Source: a virus
IMG/VR virus record: IMGVR_UViG_3300030616_000016
Location: 70,561-134,560 of that record
DNA: 64,000 nucleotides
Reading direction: 5' to 3' (one strand)
Position numbers and translations under genes: made by a program. This document shows positions 52,129 through 61,019 of this stretch, piece after piece (within the stretch, counting starts at the first letter, position 1; each line of letters opens with the position of its first letter). Under the pieces are notes generated by a model. That model did no database searches. It saw nothing but the letters and a program-made list of their open reading frames with translations, and was not told the DNA's origin.

Positions 52129-52560
52129 TCATGTCTTGTCCTCTCGCCTAACTAAAAATGGCCCGCTTTGGTTATCCTTCACAAGCCTTTGTATTGTACC
52201 CTCGTCCAACTCAAAGCATTCCAAATTAGCCGATGTATGAGCAGACGGGACATGCGGAGCATAATCAGGATGTGATGACAAGCCCGCAGATGTTCTTAAA
52301 ATTCCCTTATCAAAAGGAAGCTCAAATACAGTAAAGTAACCATTATCGTTAGTAGCTTGTATTGCTTTTGATTGAGCTTGCTTCGAATTAAATCCGGTTG
52401 TTCTAACTTCATAATTAAAAATACAAAGCACATCACCAGATTTCAAGTCAGAAGCGTTATGTACTACAACCAAATTAAACTTATCTTGGATTTCTTTGCT
52501 AAAGTTAAAGCATCCTCCAGCTTCTACTATTTCATCAGACATTTTTGACTCCTTATCCAT
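52129..52560 (-). CDS. Hypothetical protein
   Basis: 143-aa co-directional ORF. Confidence 0.5.
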   Translation of the reverse strand: MDKESKMSDEIVEAGGCFNFSKEIQDKFNLVVVHNASDLKSGDVLCIFNYEVRTTGFNSKQAQSKAIQATNDNGYFTVFELPFDKGILRTSAGLSSHPDYAPHVPSAHTSANLECFELDEGTIQRLVKDNQSGPFLVRREDKT

Positions 52561-52696
52561 TAAGGTCTTTGTGCCGGTGGTGCTATATCGGGCTTTGGTG
52601 TTTTAGGAGGCTCGTTTACACCACCTTTTTGATATGCCCTTCTTTAATTGGATGTACTTGTCCCAGCACCTCCTAGCCCCGCCCTGAGAATATAAA

Positions 52697-52754
52697 CCTT
52701 GACTGGGCAAAACAAACCTGCTTCCCCTCAGGAAATCGAAAATCCCAGTCAAGG
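52697..52754 (-). terminator. Compound hairpin after the ligase gene
   Basis: CCTTGACTGGG...CCCAGTCAAGG forms an 11-bp stem enclosing CCTG-AGGGGAAG-CAGG. On the minus strand it is followed by TTTATATT. Confidence 0.45.
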
Positions 52755-52761
52755 AGGTTAA

Positions 52762-54402
52762 TTACTTATCGAGATGCCATGAATCGAATTGCGCGGCTCT
52801 TCCTTCATGCCCACCAAAATGATTAACTTTTGCGACTCTACCAATATAATCATTTGGATTGTTCATAATTTGGATTACCTCTTCGCGGCTTCCCATACTT
52901 GAAGCTCCAATCTTAAATGGCTTGCCTGATTCTAGGCTTTCGAAATTGACAACGCCGGCTATTCCGCCTTTGTCACCTGGTTTAAGATTGACACTTGTTA
53001 CTTCCCAATCTGCCTCATCGTCCTTAAACTTGAACTTTCTTCCGTCATTAATAGAGGCGTTGGCAGGAACACCAACAAACCCTTCAATATCTCTATGTCT
53101 ATCGATATTGTTTATGTCTGCCTTTTCGGGTAATTTGATTAATCCGCCGCTTTTTGATACAAGAGACTTAAGTATGCTGTGATTATCAGACTGGCTGACT
53201 TCTCCAATAGACTTATTGTCTATTTTATCTGCCCGATATGCTCTTATCTCAGGTTTGATTGTTGGATCAAGGTTAGATCCATTGAGAATACCACCAATCT
53301 CATGCGCTTTGAGATATTTGCCATCTCTCTTAAAAGTAAGCTCGCCCATTGATAGCATCTTCTTGGAAGTCTTTATTTTCTCAATACCAGGAACTTTTGC
53401 GGTATATTCAATACGCTGACCAGTCTTCTTGCTAATTCTTGGAGACCAAAGCCTTGTGCCTTTGGGTCCGCTTTCAATATAAGCACTAGCACCGTCGTAT
53501 TTTATTCTTACATCACCATCTTTACCAACAATTCTTTTGAACTTATCAATATCCTGGTCATATGTTAGATGGAGCCTGTCTTTAACAGCCGGCGCGTTTG
53601 GTTTCTTAACTCCAAGACTAATAATAGGCACACTTCTATTATCATTCTTATCCATGATTTTATATAGATAGAGTTTTCTATTATTGATAATATGAGGCGC
53701 GCTTATCTCTAGTGAGTTCTCACTACCATGCATATATATTGTCTTAGATGAAACTACCTGTCTGGATTCGCCTGCTCCATAGCCTGTAGGCCCATTCTCT
53801 TCTCCTATCCAGGATGTTTCTGCATCCTTAGGAGAATGATCAAGATTTTGTGCCAGCCAGGCATTACCTTCAAATTCAGACCTGACAAGCTGCATGATTC
53901 TATCTTTAGTTGCTTCAGTAATAGAACCATCAGTATTTTTGCTTATCTTAAAATCTTGTGGAAGACGCTTCACAATACTAATGTTACCAATGTGTATATC
54001 TACATGGTTACCTGCCTTATTTGCTTCATGTAATATAATGACCATTTTGGTAAATTGCGCCTTAGCCTTAGTAAATTCATTTGTTCTTCCTGCAGATAGA
54101 TTGTTAGCAGAAGTAGGACGGCTTGTGTTTACAATTGATGTTAGCATTCTTGCACAAGACTTTGCACATGGTTTTCTTACTGCTTTATTGAACAACATAT
54201 TACCAATATGCTCAGGAAGCCTGTCTTTCTTGTATGCATCATACAACTTGTAAGCACTTCTGAATCTTCTGGCTCTACTAATTACTTTTGCAAGTCTTCT
54301 GCTCTTGAAAATGAGCGGACCTACAATTAGCTCTTCTGCTACTTCTCTATATAGAAATTCAGCGTCATGAGTTTTCTTCTCAACTCTCGCTAGAATGTTC
54401 AT
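52762..54402 (-). CDS. ATP-dependent ligase-like nucleotidyltransferase fused to LigD-type 3'-phosphoesterase-like N-terminal domain
   Basis: N-terminal half: ILHEANKAGNHVDIHIG...FEGN...GYGAG (LigD PE-like H-x-A...H-x-D-x-R/H...FEG...YGAG). C-terminal half: RIKYDGASAY (motif I KxDG), SMGELTF (III), EGFVGV (IV), RKFKFK (V). Confidence 0.55.
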   Translation of the reverse strand: MNILARVEKKTHDAEFLYREVAEELIVGPLIFKSRRLAKVISRARRFRSAYKLYDAYKKDRLPEHIGNMLFNKAVRKPCAKSCARMLTSIVNTSRPTSANNLSAGRTNEFTKAKAQFTKMVIILHEANKAGNHVDIHIGNISIVKRLPQDFKISKNTDGSITEATKDRIMQLVRSEFEGNAWLAQNLDHSPKDAETSWIGEENGPTGYGAGESRQVVSSKTIYMHGSENSLEISAPHIINNRKLYLYKIMDKNDNRSVPIISLGVKKPNAPAVKDRLHLTYDQDIDKFKRIVGKDGDVRIKYDGASAYIESGPKGTRLWSPRISKKTGQRIEYTAKVPGIEKIKTSKKMLSMGELTFKRDGKYLKAHEIGGILNGSNLDPTIKPEIRAYRADKIDNKSIGEVSQSDNHSILKSLVSKSGGLIKLPEKADINNIDRHRDIEGFVGVPANASINDGRKFKFKDDEADWEVTSVNLKPGDKGGIAGVVNFESLESGKPFKIGASSMGSREEVIQIMNNPNDYIGRVAKVNHFGGHEGRAAQFDSWHLDK

Positions 54403-54414
54403 GGTCTTTCTCCG

Positions 54415-54747
54415 TTAGTGTTGTGAGCCACAGCTTGAACACACGCGTGTATCTACTGAAACATCTCCCCCACAAAATTTGCATATAAAGTTCTTTGTAT
54501 CTTTTATGTTTTTGACACTGCACGACTCACATACGTTACTATATTTCGCTATTGTTTCTATATCTATGTTCTGTGGAACAAGGAATGCGACTATTTGTTC
54601 GTATTTCCCAGCAGTGTAGTAATCTTGACAGGTTATGCAAACGCATTCCTCGATGAACTGATATACATCATACTTATATGTATCAGGGTCTACCCATTTT
54701 TTGATTTTAATTAAGTCTCCTTGTATGAACTTTAGGTATGTCCTCAT
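54415..54747 (-). CDS. Zinc-ribbon paralogue family member
   Basis: C-terminal ICKFCGGDVSVDTRVCSSCGSQH. Confidence 0.6.
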   Translation of the reverse strand: MRTYLKFIQGDLIKIKKWVDPDTYKYDVYQFIEECVCITCQDYYTAGKYEQIVAFLVPQNIDIETIAKYSNVCESCSVKNIKDTKNFICKFCGGDVSVDTRVCSSCGSQH

Positions 54748-54756
54748 CTGAATCTC

Positions 54757-55101
54757 CTAAATACTTGTCTCACATCCGCAGTTCTTACAAACACCTTTTT
54801 GTATTTCATCGCTGCCACAGAATTCACAAATTGCTAATTTCGCATATCTAATCGATTCGGATATTAAAAAATATTTTGAACCATTTGATACTATAAAGCA
54901 ATCGGTAGGAAATAGTGCATCAACAGACTGTATGGTACAAATTTTATCTCTTATTAAGTCTTCCACAAGTACATCAAATAGTTCTGTGCTTCTAATTCCT
55001 TTTGCATCAGTAAGTGTTGTTTTCATAGGATATGAACGAGGTATATCGAATACGATTTTTAGCTTATGTTTTATGGCATGCATTGCTTCTTCTATGGTCA
55101 T
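54757..55101 (-). CDS. Zinc-ribbon paralogue family member
   Basis: AAAGGA RBS before MTIEEAMHAIKHK. C-terminal AICEFCGSDEIQKGVCKNCGCETS. The track ORF is longer. Confidence 0.6.
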   Translation of the reverse strand: MTIEEAMHAIKHKLKIVFDIPRSYPMKTTLTDAKGIRSTELFDVLVEDLIRDKICTIQSVDALFPTDCFIVSNGSKYFLISESIRYAKLAICEFCGSDEIQKGVCKNCGCETSI

Positions 55102-55124
55102 AATATTATCCTTTGGAAATGATA

Positions 55125-55328
55125 TTAGGCAGCAAGCTTCCATACTCCAGCTGAGGCGCCTGCTAATGCCCATGTAGAAGAAATGCCCATATATGTCAAT
55201 ATACTTGCTCCTCCAAGAGTGGAGAGGCATAGCAATGAGAATCCTTTCCAGTGATTAGCTATTCCTAAAAAGAAATTTTTTGCTGATGACACGAATGAGT
55301 TTGTAGTTCTTGTAATAAAGTCTTTCAT
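55125..55328 (-). CDS. Small Gly/Ala-rich membrane protein
   Basis: LLCLSTLGGASILTYMGISSTWALAGASAGVW, with an AGAGG RBS. Confidence 0.45.
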   Translation of the reverse strand: MKDFITRTTNSFVSSAKNFFLGIANHWKGFSLLCLSTLGGASILTYMGISSTWALAGASAGVWKLAA

Positions 55329-55355
55329 CAATATACCTCTGATAAAATGTTAGTT

Positions 55356-55544
55356 TTAGTAATTTGCTATCTGACATAGTGTCACTGCAATAAGAGTTGT
55401 TACGACTATGGCGAAGCTTATTGACGCAAGTGAGCCGCATCCCATTAGATTTGTAAAGAAATATATGGCCGCGCCGCATCCTCCTCCAATAGCTCCATTC
55501 ATAAACTTCTGCATTTTTGTTAGTTTTCTTTTGTTATCGTACAT
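55356..55544 (-). CDS. Small Gly-zipper membrane protein
   Basis: TAGGAGA RBS before MYDNKRKL. GAIGGGCGAAIYFF and a second TM helix. Confidence 0.45.
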   Translation of the reverse strand: MYDNKRKLTKMQKFMNGAIGGGCGAAIYFFTNLMGCGSLASISFAIVVTTLIAVTLCQIANY

Positions 55545-55554
55545 GTTGGTTCTC

Positions 55555-55866
55555 CTAAGTATTAGTTTCACATCCACAATTGCAGCATACTTCATCTTGA
55601 ATCTCCTTACTGCCACAAAATTGACATTGTATTTCATAAGGAATTATATATCCTTCATCTACCCAGCGTCTGAGAGTAGTTGCTGTAATTGCGCTCCAGT
55701 TACTGCCACACCCTATTTCATTTAGATTACAATCTAGTCCAATCAGATAAAATGCAGCATCGCAAACGGAATGACGTTCTACTCTGAATATTTGTCCTGA
55801 ATTGCGCTCAATTTTATCTGTCCATTGCCATAGCTCACCAACTTGTGGCATTCTTGTTTCACTCAT
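55555..55866 (-). CDS. Zinc-ribbon paralogue family member
   Basis: AAGGAGGAG RBS. C-terminal IQCQFCGSKEIQDEVCCNCGCETN. Confidence 0.6.
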   Translation of the reverse strand: MSETRMPQVGELWQWTDKIERNSGQIFRVERHSVCDAAFYLIGLDCNLNEIGCGSNWSAITATTLRRWVDEGYIIPYEIQCQFCGSKEIQDEVCCNCGCETNT

Positions 55867-56038
55867 TTCTCCTCCTTAGATGACAGTGCGCAATATATGC
55901 CATATCTGCTATTACTCCTGCAAATAGTGAATTTGAGAAGTCGGCGCCAAGTGCCTTCATAAGAGAAAACATGATAAGTCCAATAACTGTTGCTATAAGA
56001 ATTTCCTTACTAGCATTATATGTTTCTTTAGAGCTCAT
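55859..56038 (-). CDS. Small membrane protein (59 aa), not in ORF track
   Basis: MSSKETYNASKEILIATVIGLIMFSLMKALGADFSNSLFAGVIADMAYIAHCHLRRRNE. Its stop overlaps the next start. Confidence 0.35.
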   Translation of the reverse strand: MSSKETYNASKEILIATVIGLIMFSLMKALGADFSNSLFAGVIADMAYIAHCHLRRRNE

Positions 56039-56099
56039 TATTATATCTCCTATTATTTGCTATGCATTTCTTGTCAAAAGTTGCCAAAAACGTGTGCGT

Positions 56100-56312
56100 G
56101 CTTCTTGTTCCCATGCTATACGCCGGTCTTTTACGTCAGGGCCATCGCATTACACGTCTCAGATTTGTTCTGAGTGCGGCAAAAATGTCAAGAAATCGTT
56201 GTCCGCAAGAACCCACATATGCTCCTGCGGATTCGTTGCGAATCGAGATCACAACGCAGCGTTGAATATTTTGCGACTCGGGATGGAGTCGCTTGCAGCT
56301 TCGACTGCATAG
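56100..56312 (+). pseudogene. Second TnpB/OrfB C-terminal relic
   Basis: YTSQICSECGKNVKKSLSARTHICSCGFVANRDHNAALNILRLG (zinc finger and RuvC-III). GC-rich relative to its surroundings. Followed by the hairpin ctcggcaa-ttca-ttgccgag. Confidence 0.65.
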
Positions 56313-56324
56313 ATGCTCGGCAAT

Positions 56325-56756
56325 TCATTGCCGAGAGCATTCACTTTTGCGTTCTTCTATAGGCATTTCTGAATTGCAGCCGCAATTTAAACATACATCC
56401 TTAATCTCATTATGCCCGCAGAATTTGCATATGGCAATAGACAGCTCACGTGGCTCGATAATTATATAGATATCTGATGTCCATTCTAAGATAACAAAGT
56501 CTATCTTCTCTCCATCATAACCCGTTTCTTTATAGACTCTTGCTATCTTCAATGGTTCGTGGTCTGCGCACTCAAGTGAGATACATAATAGCACGCCTTC
56601 TTCATCTACAATATAGCGTTCTTTATTATGTATTACATTTTGAGCCTTAAGCGCGGCAGGATTAAATGCATACCATGCATAATTATCATTAGGATCAACT
56701 ATAACCATAACCTTTAGTCCATTCTTGTAGCACTGCCTTACTTCTTTCAGTTTCAT
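56325..56756 (-). CDS. Zinc-ribbon paralogue family member
   Basis: MKLKEVRQCYKNG... and C-terminal AICKFCGHNEIKDVCLNCGCNSE. Confidence 0.6.
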   Translation of the reverse strand: MKLKEVRQCYKNGLKVMVIVDPNDNYAWYAFNPAALKAQNVIHNKERYIVDEEGVLLCISLECADHEPLKIARVYKETGYDGEKIDFVILEWTSDIYIIIEPRELSIAICKFCGHNEIKDVCLNCGCNSEMPIEERKSECSRQ

Positions 56757-56786
56757 TATTTTTTCTCCAATATGGATTCACTTGTT

Positions 56787-57083
56787 CTAACTATCAATCG
56801 TAAAATCTATTGGATGGTGTATAGTATCGCCTCCTGGTTGTACTTTTGTGTCTTCTCTACTTTGTTGGTCTGTAAATTCGACATTGACCCATTTAAGAAA
56901 ACGCATTGGCTCATATGTAAAATCACTAAATGACATTAACTCCTGTGCCTCTTGAACTACTGTTACTCGTTCCAGCCATCGTGTTTCTTTAATGTTATTC
57001 TTACATATGGTTACTGGCAATAATGCAAACCATGATTTTACACGTCTATTGCCTTCTTTCATTTCTTTCTTTTGGAATCTCAC
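56787..57083 (-). CDS. WFALLPVT-motif protein (paralogue of 51694-52043)
   Basis: GAGGAG RBS before a GTG start. MRFQKKEMKEGNRRVKSWFALLPVTICKNNIKETRWLERV. Confidence 0.5.
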   Translation of the reverse strand: MRFQKKEMKEGNRRVKSWFALLPVTICKNNIKETRWLERVTVVQEAQELMSFSDFTYEPMRFLKWVNVEFTDQQSREDTKVQPGGDTIHHPIDFTIDS

Positions 57084-57085
57084 GC

Positions 57086-57331
57086 TTAATCTCCTCTCAT
57101 TTCCTCAAGTAGGATATTCAGTGCTTCCCTAGCACGGTCTGTAAGCCATTGTTGGTCACATGACATACGTAATAATGTGCATTTCATCGGCTTTTCTTCG
57201 CTATACATCCATTCAATAAGCTCCTCTGCTTGCTCCCTGTCTGCAACCTCGACAGTCAGGTAAACAATTTTCTTTCTTGTAAGCATATCTACTATGCCGT
57301 TAAAAGTTTTCTCTGCTTGTTCAGGGTTCAT
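57086..57331 (-). CDS. Hypothetical protein
   Basis: The likely start is MNPEQAEK. The track ORF extends to 57439 and overlaps its neighbour. Confidence 0.4.
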   Translation of the reverse strand: MNPEQAEKTFNGIVDMLTRKKIVYLTVEVADREQAEELIEWMYSEEKPMKCTLLRMSCDQQWLTDRAREALNILLEEMRGD

Positions 57332-57413
57332 CTGTATCACCGCCTTTCTTTGCCATAATCGATCTCCTATAGCGTTAATATAACAACTGTAGCGTATCCC
57401 CTTACATCTCCTT

Positions 57414-57644
57414 TCAATATACGATACCGTTAATGTCAAATTCTTCTATCTTATTTTCTACAGGCCCGATTTTATTACCTAATATGATTCCAGCTGCAAA
57501 ACATTTTGCACATATAATACCTACATCCAAGTTACCTTGTGATCCATGTAGCTTGGAATAATTACTTTGATTTATTTCATGATGTGTTATTGTTAATCTT
57601 GATTTGCCTTCAGTTCTAACTAAATAAACATATGTTTTATTCAT
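57414..57644 (-). CDS. Hypothetical protein
   Basis: 76-aa co-directional ORF. Confidence 0.4.
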   Translation of the reverse strand: MNKTYVYLVRTEGKSRLTITHHEINQSNYSKLHGSQGNLDVGIICAKCFAAGIILGNKIGPVENKIEEFDINGIVY

Positions 57645-57669
57645 TGCTTATTCCTTTCATATTTTGGCA

Positions 57670-58047
57670 TTACAAAAGCATTGCGATTTCTTGAATAATA
57701 AATAGTTTGGGAGCAACGCATATTTTAACTAAGCATATTGTATTACAAATTATAAATGGTATAGAAACCAATCCGCAAGTAATTCCTGCTACCCAATAAA
57801 ACACTTCTTTATTATCGCAAGAATCAAACTCCTTGGTAATCAAGCAGTAAAAACAATAAATAGCTGTTGTCAATAATATAATGCCTGCTGTAACTCCAAT
57901 TATAGACAACCAGAAATTATACCTTAGGAGCTGATTGACTATATCTGGAGCCTGAGAAATAGCAAAATCCTTGGTTTTGACTATTGATTCCAGAATTTCC
58001 TTGACTAACGACATTGATTCTTTCTCCATATTAAATTTCCTTTCCAA
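57670..58047 (-). CDS. Membrane protein (three predicted helices)
   Basis: FWLSIIGVTAGIILLTTAIYCFYCLI; VFYWVAGITCGLVSIPFIICNTICLV. Confidence 0.5.
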   Translation of the reverse strand: MERKFNMEKESMSLVKEILESIVKTKDFAISQAPDIVNQLLRYNFWLSIIGVTAGIILLTTAIYCFYCLITKEFDSCDNKEVFYWVAGITCGLVSIPFIICNTICLVKICVAPKLFIIQEIAMLL

Positions 58048-58073
58048 TAAGGGTTAAATTGGCCTAATTCTTT

Positions 58074-58403
58074 TCACGATTGTTCACTTCCGCAGTTTGT
58101 GCATGTAGTACCACTAAGATTTGTATAGCCACAATATTTACAACTGGCTGTTTCTACAACACTACTGTATGTCCAATAGTATCCTCCTGCAGATATGCAT
58201 ACCAATAAGTATTCGTCTATCTTTGATGCACTTGTTTTTATAGTATCAATTATAAATGGAATGTTAAGCGGCGGCTGCATGGTCTCAGATAAGGAGTAAT
58301 GGTCGTGCTGTGTTCCAAAACTTGGATATTCATTAGGTGTATGCCTTCTAATAACACACTTGGTTTTATTCTCCTTGGCTATTTGAAGCTCTTGAATTGT
58401 CAT
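58074..58403 (-). CDS. Zinc-ribbon paralogue family member
   Basis: MTIQELQIAKENK... and C-terminal SCKYCGYTNLSGTTCTNCGSE. Confidence 0.6.
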   Translation of the reverse strand: MTIQELQIAKENKTKCVIRRHTPNEYPSFGTQHDHYSLSETMQPPLNIPFIIDTIKTSASKIDEYLLVCISAGGYYWTYSSVVETASCKYCGYTNLSGTTCTNCGSEQS

Positions 58404-58476
58404 TTGATATTATCCTAACCATGGTAATATTCTTCAAGTTCTTCTACGAACTCATGCAATTCTTTAAAGACTGTTT

Positions 58477-58740
58477 CTACGCATTTGAGACTATGCCATC
58501 CGGCTTCTTTCCACTTTTGCAATTTCCTCTGTTGTAATATCCACTGTTGTTTTTCTCATCTACAGCCACTTTAATATCCTCCTTTGACAGATTTTTAACA
58601 AGTTTTATTTTATTTGTACACGCCTTATCCGAACATACTATACGGTCATTGTCAAATCCACATCCGTACACTGGCAACATGATTTCACCACAAATATCAC
58701 ACTTGATCTGCACCTCAATAGCCCTTATAAATTGGTTCAT
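58477..58740 (-). CDS. Small zinc-finger protein
   Basis: CDICGE...CSDKAC. Confidence 0.45.
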   Translation of the reverse strand: MNQFIRAIEVQIKCDICGEIMLPVYGCGFDNDRIVCSDKACTNKIKLVKNLSKEDIKVAVDEKNNSGYYNRGNCKSGKKPDGIVSNA

Positions 58741-59105
58741 TGTTCACCGTCCTTCAATAATTCCGGGTTCTCGTGGATGTTGCCGATAATTTTGCCACTT
58801 GTGGCACCATAAAAAATTTGCCCGTCTTCGGTTTCAATATAAAAAGTTCCTCCCATCCATTTAACTACACCAATGAGGACGATTTCGAGATCGTATTTTA
58901 TAATATCACCTTGATAAACATCTTTGTCATCCCTGTCTTTAATATCGGTGAAGAACTCAGCAATACAGCCCTTTGCCAGCCTCTGAAAATAAGTGTGTCT
59001 AAGGTCAGCAACACAAAGCTCGCCGTTTGGGTTGAGGTAATATTCATCTTCGTCATGGTCATACTTGCCTTCGTTTTCATTCCATACCCTGAATTTACCA
59101 GTCAT
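58737..59105 (-). CDS. YopX-family protein
   Basis: FRVWNE...VYQGDII...GKIIGNIHENPELL (characteristic C-terminal GNIHENPELL). Confidence 0.7.
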   Translation of the reverse strand: MTGKFRVWNENEGKYDHDEDEYYLNPNGELCVADLRHTYFQRLAKGCIAEFFTDIKDRDDKDVYQGDIIKYDLEIVLIGVVKWMGGTFYIETEDGQIFYGATSGKIIGNIHENPELLKDGEQ

Positions 59106-59153
59106 TGTTCTCCGTCCTCCTGTTCTGGTTCTGGTTCCGGTCCACCGTCTGGA

Positions 59154-59615
59154 CTATTGCTCTGATCCCACCACCTCAAACCACCGACACCGATATTTAT
59201 TTCCAGCTTGATGAATTTCAGATAATTTAGTTCGTACTTTAATAATCTCTACCTTATTGACACTGTATTCTTTCGCATGTCGCAAAGTGGGCCATAAATA
59301 TAAGCCGGGATGACATTCTGTGGTGCATACTGAGAAAAAATCAGCCGAGTAAAACCGACCATCTCTATATTTATCAATATGCCCAGCTTCCCGAGTTCGA
59401 TAACCAATAGCATAACCTTCGTCAATTTCGGGCCAGTCCGTTGGCGTGTTTAATGTCGCGTTCGGATCTAAAACGGTGTTCGACAAATTGGCTCCGGACA
59501 GATTAGCTCCGGACAGGTTGGCTCTGTACAGATTAGCTCCGGACAAATAGGCTCCGGACAAAGATGTCCCTTCGATCTCTTTTAACAATATTCCATCTTT
59601 ATTTTTGATTTTCAT
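59154..59615 (-). CDS. Pentapeptide-repeat protein with C-terminal globular domain
   Basis: LSGAYLSGANLYRANLSGANLSGANLSNTVL. Confidence 0.7.
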   Translation of the reverse strand: MKIKNKDGILLKEIEGTSLSGAYLSGANLYRANLSGANLSGANLSNTVLDPNATLNTPTDWPEIDEGYAIGYRTREAGHIDKYRDGRFYSADFFSVCTTECHPGLYLWPTLRHAKEYSVNKVEIIKVRTKLSEIHQAGNKYRCRWFEVVGSEQ

Positions 59616-59835
59616 TTTTTATCTCCATCAGCCACTGCCTTTCCCGATAATAATCGTCCCATCTTTCCTTCCAATACGCATCGTTCTCTTTCCTGCAATC
59701 CGGGCAGAGTGTAACCCAATTTTTCTCTTCATCAGTAAAAAGCGTGTTCTGTCTATATCTTTCAGCGTCATTTGCACCGCACGCTTGACATTTATTCTCT
59801 TTTTTAATATCCTTTAACTGAGATTCTGTTTTCAT
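59599..59835 (-). CDS. Small zinc-ribbon protein
   Basis: CQACGAND...CPDCRKEN. Confidence 0.45.
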   Translation of the reverse strand: MKTESQLKDIKKENKCQACGANDAERYRQNTLFTDEEKNWVTLCPDCRKENDAYWKERWDDYYRERQWLMEIKNENQK

Positions 59836-60335
59836 TGTTCACCGTCCTTCCAGACGATGCCGACGATTTTGGCACGCTTAATTTTTTTGTAATCTAAATG
59901 GTATAACGAATTGTACCAGCCGCCGCTGTTTGCCCCAAACCAGCCATGAGTAGTGCTTATTATATAATTATCAGGACGGCCCGGTTCCACCTGTAGCAGG
60001 CCGAGGCATTGGTTGAGATCCATGAGTTTGGATTCTGTTTTTAAAAGACCGTATATTTTATATAGTCTTTTAGTTCCAAATCTTTCTTTGTGACGTTTTT
60101 TCTCCGGCTCAATTAATCTGTACCCCTCTGGCAACTGGTAAATAGGCTTCTCTGGCTCTAGCTCTTTGAGTTCCAAGCCGATTTCTTCTGGGTCGGTGTA
60201 TCCCATTGGGCTGTTATAACCACAACAACATACTATATAGTTTGACATTGTACTTAGTGTAAGTTTATGGCCAAGCGAGGTTGCTGCTTTGTTTATCACA
60301 TTCTCATACGGACATTTATAATCTTCAATCTTCAT
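59832..60335 (-). CDS. Hypothetical protein
   Basis: 167-aa co-directional ORF. Confidence 0.5.
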   Translation of the reverse strand: MKIEDYKCPYENVINKAATSLGHKLTLSTMSNYIVCCCGYNSPMGYTDPEEIGLELKELEPEKPIYQLPEGYRLIEPEKKRHKERFGTKRLYKIYGLLKTESKLMDLNQCLGLLQVEPGRPDNYIISTTHGWFGANSGGWYNSLYHLDYKKIKRAKIVGIVWKDGEQ

Positions 60336-60634
60336 TCACCATCCTCCTGTGGTTTGATAGTTATTTTGCCATCTAAACAAAAGTGTTTGCAGTTTTTTCT
60401 TCTACCTTTTATTGATTTACATAGTATATTTTTATATGCGTAGCAAACTGCAAAATAAGAAATATTCCACGCTGAAATACCCCATGCTGAAATGTCCCAT
60501 GCTGAAATATTCTCTGCTGAAATATTTCTTGCTGAAATATCCCCTGCTGAAATACTAAAACTAATATCAATGTCACAGCATATGCACACATCATCATCAA
60601 TAACAGCAGTATTAGTTTTATCAACGTATTTCAA
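60332..60634 (-). CDS. Small protein with ISAxN/D pentapeptide-type repeats
   Basis: SAGDISARNISAENISAWDISAWGISAWNISYF, encoded by 15-nt tandem repeats at 60471-60555. Confidence 0.5.
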   Translation of the reverse strand: MKYVDKTNTAVIDDDVCICCDIDISFSISAGDISARNISAENISAWDISAWGISAWNISYFAVCYAYKNILCKSIKGRRKNCKHFCLDGKITIKPQEDGE

Positions 60635-60681
60635 TAACTCTTCCTGTTTTTTATTATAATCATTCTCCGTCCTCCTCTGGT

Positions 60682-61008
60682 TCAGTCAATAACGTTTCGT
60701 ATTTCATTTTCAAATGGATCGACCTCACGTACAATTCCGATTTTATATTTGCCGGGCGATAGTGTTACTGGTCCATGCTCCTGATGCATAACGATTGCCT
60801 CTTTATCAACATAGCAATAGTGTTCGCCAGTGGCATCTTCCATTAGCATAACTCCGTCTGCAACACACGAATGATGGTGCCCTGTGACTTTTCCTTCAGC
60901 AAAAGTAACAAGTCCTTTTCGTGTGTTTTTTACCGGCTTTAAATTCGCAGGTATGCTATCAACTTCCTTAAACAGTACATCTCCCTGCTGTATTAAACGT
61001 TTCTCCAT
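60682..61008 (-). CDS. Conserved phage protein (QGDV...GHHH... motif, small beta-barrel-like)
   Basis: QQGDVLFKEV...AEGKVTGHHHS...MHQEHGPVTLSPGKYKIGIVREVDPF. A decayed second copy lies at 63842-63912. Confidence 0.55.
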   Translation of the reverse strand: MEKRLIQQGDVLFKEVDSIPANLKPVKNTRKGLVTFAEGKVTGHHHSCVADGVMLMEDATGEHYCYVDKEAIVMHQEHGPVTLSPGKYKIGIVREVDPFENEIRNVID

Positions 61009-61019
61009 TATTTAAACTC

